DNA of 64,000 nt, from the NCBI GenBank assembly GCA_963799845.1, contig CAWCYI010000001.1, positions 96,001-160,000 of the forward strand, read 5' to 3'. This DNA comes from an uncultured Nitrososphaerota archaeon. GTDB taxonomy: Archaea > Thermoproteota > Nitrososphaeria > Nitrososphaerales > CADDZS01. This document shows, piece by piece, positions 58,703-64,000 of the stretch (positions within the stretch are counted from its first letter, which is position 1; each line of letters begins with the position of its first letter). Under the pieces are notes generated by a model. It saw only the letters and a program-made list of their open reading frames with translations. It searched no databases and was not told the origin of the DNA. The position numbers and the translations under genes were made by a program.

Positions 58703-60115
58703 ATGAGCGGAATCGACGGGAGAATAGTTGTAATTGGTCTCCCGGCGGTAGCGTCGGCACTACACGCAGATGCAGAACAAGCTATCTGGTTCACCCAGTC
58801 ATACACCATTGGTAGTACGATTGCTCTTCTTTTCATCGGAAGGGTCAGTGACCTGTTCGGTCGAGTGAAGATATACTCACTGGGATTCACGATATTCACA
58901 ATCGGTTCCTTACTCACCGCGTCCTCAAGTGAGCCGAACGCTTTCATTGCTGCCAGGATCTTCCAAGGATTGGGATCTGCCGCACTTTTTGCAAATAGTG
59001 CGGCGATCATTACAGACTCCTTTCCACACAACCAGCTGGGGACGGCACTTGGAATCAACCAGATTGCCTTTCGGGTGGGCTCGGTCGCAGGACTCACTCT
59101 GAGCGGTTTGATTCTGGCGATTCTCGATTGGAGGTATCTGTTTTACATTAACATCCCGGTCGGCGTCTTTGGGACAGTTTGGGCGTTCAGAAGGCTGCAT
59201 GAGGTCGGCAAGTCAGAGCGGAGGGCGTCGTGGGACTGGCCGGGCTTTGCAGACTTCACTATCTTCATTGCGTCAATGCTTCTAGCACTTACCTTCGCGG
59301 CATACGGGTTTGTTGACTATACTGTCGTCATAGGATTGAGCGTTTCGACAATTGTATCTCTAGTCGCCTTTGTGTTTATCGAGCATCACGGCAAAAATCC
59401 CCTACTCGACTTGAGGCTGCTTGGCATAAGAGAGTTCACGGGCGGCAATATAGCTCAGATGATTAGCGCTGTCGCGACCGGCGCATTCATCTTGGTAGTT
59501 AGTCTGTACCTGCAACTCGTTCTGGGACTATCGCCTCTCCATGCGGGGCTGGCTCTGCTACCTTTCGACCTAGGATTCATTCTGACGGGCCCACTCAGCG
59601 GGAGACTCTCTGACAAGTACGGTGTAGTGCCTTTCACAACTCTGGGACTTTCGGTCACCAGCCTGGCATTGCTTCTATTTTCAGGAGCGTCCGTTAACAC
59701 GTCTTATTTTTACATCGCTACACTTCTGATTCTAGCAGGTGCTGGTGCTGGTCTATTCTCGTCGCCCAACATCAGTTCGATTATGGGCTCGGTTCCCGCA
59801 GAAAGACGCGGGGTGGCCTCGGCGCTTAGGGGGACATTTTACAACGTCGGATATACCCTGAGCTTCAATGTTGCGATACTGCTGATGGAGCTGAAGGTGC
59901 CGTATTCGCTAATAACCAATATGATAGCTTCGATAAACCCGATTGCCCTAAGTCTGTCGGTGAGGGCCGAATTCTCCGATGGCCTGCATATCGTATATCT
60001 GGTTCTTGCTGTTGTCAACACGGTAGCCATCATCCCATCCCTTCTCCGCGGGACAAGGAAGTCCTCCACTTTTCGTCAAAAGGATATGGAATATCGATCA
60101 AACACAGAAAACTAA
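58703..60115 (+). CDS. 14-TM MFS efflux transporter (DHA2/EmrB-like)
   Basis: GRVSDLFGR, ARIFQGLG, WRYLFYINIPVG, PLLDLRL, GRLSDKYG. The coding frame extends upstream to ~58658 (IQYKWTVL). Confidence 0.9.
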   Translation: MSGIDGRIVVIGLPAVASALHADAEQAIWFTQSYTIGSTIALLFIGRVSDLFGRVKIYSLGFTIFTIGSLLTASSSEPNAFIAARIFQGLGSAALFANSAAIITDSFPHNQLGTALGINQIAFRVGSVAGLTLSGLILAILDWRYLFYINIPVGVFGTVWAFRRLHEVGKSERRASWDWPGFADFTIFIASMLLALTFAAYGFVDYTVVIGLSVSTIVSLVAFVFIEHHGKNPLLDLRLLGIREFTGGNIAQMISAVATGAFILVVSLYLQLVLGLSPLHAGLALLPFDLGFILTGPLSGRLSDKYGVVPFTTLGLSVTSLALLLFSGASVNTSYFYIATLLILAGAGAGLFSSPNISSIMGSVPAERRGVASALRGTFYNVGYTLSFNVAILLMELKVPYSLITNMIASINPIALSLSVRAEFSDGLHIVYLVLAVVNTVAIIPSLLRGTRKSSTFRQKDMEYRSNTEN

Positions 60116-60336
60116 ATGTGATTCAAAAATCTAGTGAAAATTGCTGTTTCAGTTGTCTTTCTCGTTGCAGCTCCCCATTACGAACCAGTGCTTAAGCATC
60201 CCACGTCCTTTCACAAAGTGGGCTTGTCGAAAAGAATTTTACAGTTCACCAGTCCTTATTTTCCTCCGAAATAAACTGAAGAATGGTCAGATAGCCTTAT
60301 TCTGATAATTCATTATGGGATAAGGTAAGGATAGCC

Positions 60337-61107
60337 GTGATGAGTCAGCTTCTCGAAGTCCGAAACCTGACCAAAGATTTTGGTGGTCTGGTCGCAGTTC
60401 GCAATGTGTCCTTTTCTGTAGCTGCCAGCGAGATCGTCGGTCTAATCGGGCCCAACGGAGCGGGAAAAACCACAGTTTTCAATCTAATTACTGGTATGGA
60501 AAAAATAGAATCGGGTGAAGTCTATTTCGAAGGCACCAACATCAGCAAGTTAAAACCTCATTCGATCTGCAAGCTGGGAATTTCTCGGACTTATCAGAGC
60601 GTCCGTCCCTTCCTGAACCATACAGTAAGAGAGAATGTCAAGGTTGGTGCCATCTACGGAAGGATTACAGTTCGTCAGAATGCCGAAAAAAAAGTGGATG
60701 AGATTCTGGACTTGCTGGAACTTCGGCACCGAGAGAGCGTTCTAGCCAAGGAGCTCCCGATTGAAGAGCGCAAACTGGTCGAGGTAGGCCGAGCGCTCGC
60801 CGCGAACCCCAAGATCCTGATGCTGGACGAGCCGATGGCAGGATTGAATCCCACCGAGATCTCGAAATTTGTAGATCTGATGAAAAAGCTGAACTCTGAA
60901 AACAAACTGACGATTGTGATCGTGGAGCATGTGATGAAAGCGATCAGCTCCGCTTGCTCTAGGGTAGTAGTAATGCATCACGGGGAGATCCTGGCGGAAG
61001 GATCCCCAAGGGATGTTTTGTCCAATGATAAAGTGATCGAAGTGTACCTCGGAGAATCTTATTCCAACCATGACGATTCAAAAAGAAATGCCCTTGCTCC
61101 AGCTTGA
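60337..61107 (+). CDS. livG: Branched-chain amino acid ABC transporter ATPase
   Basis: [35 protein letters not shown]. Confidence 0.92.
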   Translation: MMSQLLEVRNLTKDFGGLVAVRNVSFSVAASEIVGLIGPNGAGKTTVFNLITGMEKIESGEVYFEGTNISKLKPHSICKLGISRTYQSVRPFLNHTVRENVKVGAIYGRITVRQNAEKKVDEILDLLELRHRESVLAKELPIEERKLVEVGRALAANPKILMLDEPMAGLNPTEISKFVDLMKKLNSENKLTIVIVEHVMKAISSACSRVVVMHHGEILAEGSPRDVLSNDKVIEVYLGESYSNHDDSKRNALAPA

Positions 61108-61801
61108 GAATTTGAACTTCTCTTACGGGGATGTGCAGGTTCTCTGGGGCGTTTCCTTCTCAGTGGAAGCCCGAAAAATCGTTTCACTTGTGGGTTCGAA
61201 CGGGGCGGGAAAAACAACGACCCTCAAAGTGATCGCTGGGCTTTTCAAAACGTTCTCCGGGCAGATAATGCTCGAAGGAAAACCGCTAACCAGAAGCTCT
61301 GCAGAAGAGATCGTCAATTCAGGAATAGTCTACGTCCCTGAGGGGCGTGGCATTTTCCCCGACATGTCGGTTCGAGAGAACCTGGACATGGGGTCTTATG
61401 CCAAGCACGCCCGCCCGCTTCACGATAAAGTACTTGGAAAGGTATACCAGCTTTTTCCTATTCTGGAAAAGCGAGCGAACCAGAGAGCCGGGACGCTATC
61501 GGGCGGCGAGGCCCAAATGCTAGCCATTGGTAGGGGGCTCATGCAAGCTCCACGGCTCTTGATGCTGGATGAACCTTCTGCTGGTGTGTCGCCCTTGATC
61601 TCCAATTCCATTTTTGCGACGATTAAGAAACTGCGGGATGAAGAGGCATTGACAGTGTTGCTAGTGGAGCAAGACGCGGGAAGAGCCCTAAAAATTTGCG
61701 ATGCCGCGTACGTGCTGCAAAACGGTCGCATCACTCTTTCTGGAACCGGCGTCGAATTATTGAACAACGAATTTGTCAGACGGGCGTATCTGGGACTGTA
61801 A
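61070..61801 (+). CDS. livF: Branched-chain amino acid ABC transporter ATPase
   Basis: [38 protein letters not shown]. Confidence 0.93.
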   Translation: MTIQKEMPLLQLENLNFSYGDVQVLWGVSFSVEARKIVSLVGSNGAGKTTTLKVIAGLFKTFSGQIMLEGKPLTRSSAEEIVNSGIVYVPEGRGIFPDMSVRENLDMGSYAKHARPLHDKVLGKVYQLFPILEKRANQRAGTLSGGEAQMLAIGRGLMQAPRLLMLDEPSAGVSPLISNSIFATIKKLRDEEALTVLLVEQDAGRALKICDAAYVLQNGRITLSGTGVELLNNEFVRRAYLGL

Positions 61802-62808
61802 TTTTTTTAAGAACGGAAAGTCGCCTCCGTCGGTACGTCCTCTTGAATAGACCCAGCAGGCCGTCAGGTGCAAAGAGACCCACGATGATCAAGAAGATTC
61901 CTACTATGGCCTGCTCGTACAAACTGAGAAAGGAAAAAGACGAATTCTGAATGGGTCCCGAACGGATGAGGTAATCCAGGAGACTGTACGCCCCTGTCCC
62001 TATTATCGGTCCCAGAATGGTGCCCGTTCCGCCGAACAAGGCAAACGTCACGGGAATGAAAGCGAGATAAAGAGAAAATACCTCATCAGGTAGGACCGTT
62101 CCCTGAGACCAGGCGAAAAGACATCCGGTTATCCCGGCAAGTACCGCACTAATGATCAAAGCCACACGTTTGACTCTGCGGGTGTTGATTCCCGAGGATT
62201 CCGCGATCTCCTCATCCTCCCGAATGCTGGTCAGAGCTCAGGCCGAAGCTGGACTGGTATATGACGATCGCGACTAGAATTGCCAATATCGCAAAGAGAA
62301 AAATGGCATAGTACGACTCGATATAGTTCCCTGGAATGCCATTGATCCCTCCGACGCCGTTGGTCCACTTGTCCAGTGCTGGCGCCTGAACCACGTACTG
62401 GCCCAAGGGGACAAGCGACAGAGTCGCCACTGCAAAATAAAAGCCCTTGAGCCTGAACATCGGGAAGCTCACGAGAAAGCCCAGTCCTCCACAAACCAGA
62501 GCAGACACGATCAGGGAGACCAAAGAATTCGTATGTTCTACGTAAAATAGGATCGCGAAGACGTACGCTCCAACCCCGAAGAAAACAGTAATGCCCAGAT
62601 TTACATAGCCCGCAAAGCCCCCAAGAAGATCATAGGCAATCGCCAAAGCGAGATAGATCAGGAAAAAATCCAGCACACCATCGATCACGTACTTGCCTGT
62701 TGTGATCGGGGCAAGAAAACCTAGAACAAGAAAGATACCAGCGAGGATAGCTGTTCTCGGATGATCTCTAGAATATTTCACTATGCGCCCTAATTGAAGA
62801 AATTCCAT
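61776..62808 (-). CDS. livM: Branched-chain amino acid ABC permease (frameshift near 62235)
   Basis: LLGGFAGYVNLG, RLKGFYFAVATL, FGGTGTILGPIIG; two frames joined. Confidence 0.88.
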
Positions 62809-62827
62809 TTGATCAGGCTCTGCACGC

Positions 62828-63802
62828 TTAGATTTTGATCCCGCTTCCGGTCCCAGAAAGGCCCGTCGGCTTTATCATCAGCACCAAAATCAGGAAAACT
62901 ATTGCAACCGCCGGTGACCAATATTCCAAGTTCGTGATTTGGATTCCGGGGAGGTTCAACGGATTCAAGAAGGGAGCCTGGATGAAGATCTCGACAAACC
63001 CGATCACCAAGCCGCCGATGAGCGGGCCCCAGTACGATCGGGTGCCTCCGAGAACCATTACTGAAAGAAGGGAGATCGTGTAGGGCAACCCAAACCCCGG
63101 GTCCAAGTTATTCGTCATCGCGATGCTCACTCCTGCCAAAGCTCCAAACCCCGAACCAAGTGCGAAGGTGAGGATGGAGATCTTCTGCAGATTGACTCCC
63201 ATCAGGATCGAGGCCTCTCGATTCTGAGCGATGGCCCGCATCGCCTTGCCCACATAAGTACGTCTCGAAAAAAGATACAGCAATAGCGTAGAAGTTGCCA
63301 CCGTAATCAAAGCGAGAACCTTTACCCCGTCCAGATAGACCCCTCCGAAGTTGAGAGTCAGCTGCGCAAGATTCAACGGGATGGTAAATTCGGAAAGCTG
63401 GAAGGGAATGAACTTGGGCATGTAGATGTAGCCTATATTCTCGATGATGAACGAGGTTCCGACCGTAACGAGAATCGAACTGATCAAAACCTCGCTCGCG
63501 GGGCGCCGAAGAATTCGCCTGATTAATGCAAATTCATAGGCCGCTCCCAGCGCGGCAATCGCGACGAAAGAAATCAGAAGAATTCCGAGAACCGAGAGAA
63601 AGCCGAAACGACTGACCGCAAAAGCGGTAGTAACATAGAAGCCCAAGAAGCCCCCGAGCATCACGAAATCCCCGTGGGCCAGATTGAGGACGCCAAGCAC
63701 CGAAAAAATGAGGGTAAGCCCTAGTGCAGCAAGGGCGTAAATCGCCCCCACGAGCAAGCCGTCCGCGATCGACTGCGCTATTTCCGTGGCTAGACCGATC
63801 AA
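62828..63802 (-). CDS. livH: Branched-chain amino acid ABC permease
   Basis: GAIYALAALGLTLIF...LNLAHG, GKAMRAIAQN, VLGG, KPTGL. Confidence 0.93.
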   Translation of the reverse strand: MIGLATEIAQSIADGLLVGAIYALAALGLTLIFSVLGVLNLAHGDFVMLGGFLGFYVTTAFAVSRFGFLSVLGILLISFVAIAALGAAYEFALIRRILRRPASEVLISSILVTVGTSFIIENIGYIYMPKFIPFQLSEFTIPLNLAQLTLNFGGVYLDGVKVLALITVATSTLLLYLFSRRTYVGKAMRAIAQNREASILMGVNLQKISILTFALGSGFGALAGVSIAMTNNLDPGFGLPYTISLLSVMVLGGTRSYWGPLIGGLVIGFVEIFIQAPFLNPLNLPGIQITNLEYWSPAVAIVFLILVLMIKPTGLSGTGSGIKI

Positions 63803-63855
63803 TTAACGAAAGCTCAGGCCTCGCGAGGCCTCGTTTGGCATTATTGAAAGTTGCG

Positions 63856-64000
63856 CTATGGATACACGTAGCTGGCGTTGGCTACGCTCGGCGGATACAC
63901 TGTTTCAATGTCGCCGTCGTGCCATTGCACCGTCGCGAGGCCGATCGTCCCGTAACCCTGCGGTTGCACGGTGAGCTGCCCTGCTATAGTCGGGAAATTC
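63856..64000 (-). CDS. livK: Branched-chain amino acid ABC substrate-binding protein, C-terminal end (partial)
   Basis: ..FPTIAGQLTV...VQWHDGDIETVYPPSVANASYVYP*; immediately upstream of livH. Confidence 0.75.
   Translation of the reverse strand, partial: NFPTIAGQLTVQPQGYGTIGLATVQWHDGDIETVYPPSVANASYVYP

Noticed and set aside
1-64000. Numerous antisense or nested ORFs in the track (e.g. 219-500, 11920-12252, 37503-37859, 50286-50762, 58633-59097); also looked for tRNA, rRNA and integrase genes
   Set aside because: The ORFs are shadows of well-supported genes on the other strand or frame. No tRNA cloverleaf, rRNA or integrase was recognised.

Overview
Archaeal chromosomal window, most consistent with a Nitrososphaerota (Thaumarchaeota)-type lineage. 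The evidence is the MPQTK-type TBP, a CVHLWC Rieske protein plus cytochrome b next to a blue-copper protein, and TTG starts. 0-20.7 kb is housekeeping: DNA ligase, Ard1 acetyltransferase, M50 protease, pyrE, a degenerate TBP copy, a c1-less complex III, mptA-queD, an IS481 element with a 17-bp target duplication, a short CysRS-like gene coupled to a GNAT, and mscS. 21-46 kb is an island of secreted and surface proteins: four Asp-box/BNR propeller paralogs, a pair of unclassified paralogs, Thr/Ser-rich stalks, a G1-peptidase-like protein, a GT-C glycosyltransferase and a PQQ-like propeller. 48-52 kb is a wHTH + nucleotidyltransferase (type IV TA/AbiE-like) operon hit by two different IS elements (IS630, IS701); both empty sites can be reconstructed exactly. 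52-64 kb holds small regulators, MFS and ABC exporters, and a split liv transporter. The most notable hidden signal is two unannotated paralogous ~50-aa micro-proteins (20779-20937 and 52490-52633) with eukaryote-like (CONSTANS/BBX-type) B-box zinc-finger spacing. Many single-base frameshifts suggest long-read assembly error. No CRISPR array, rRNA or tRNA was recognised. All family calls come from motif recognition by eye; no database searches were run.
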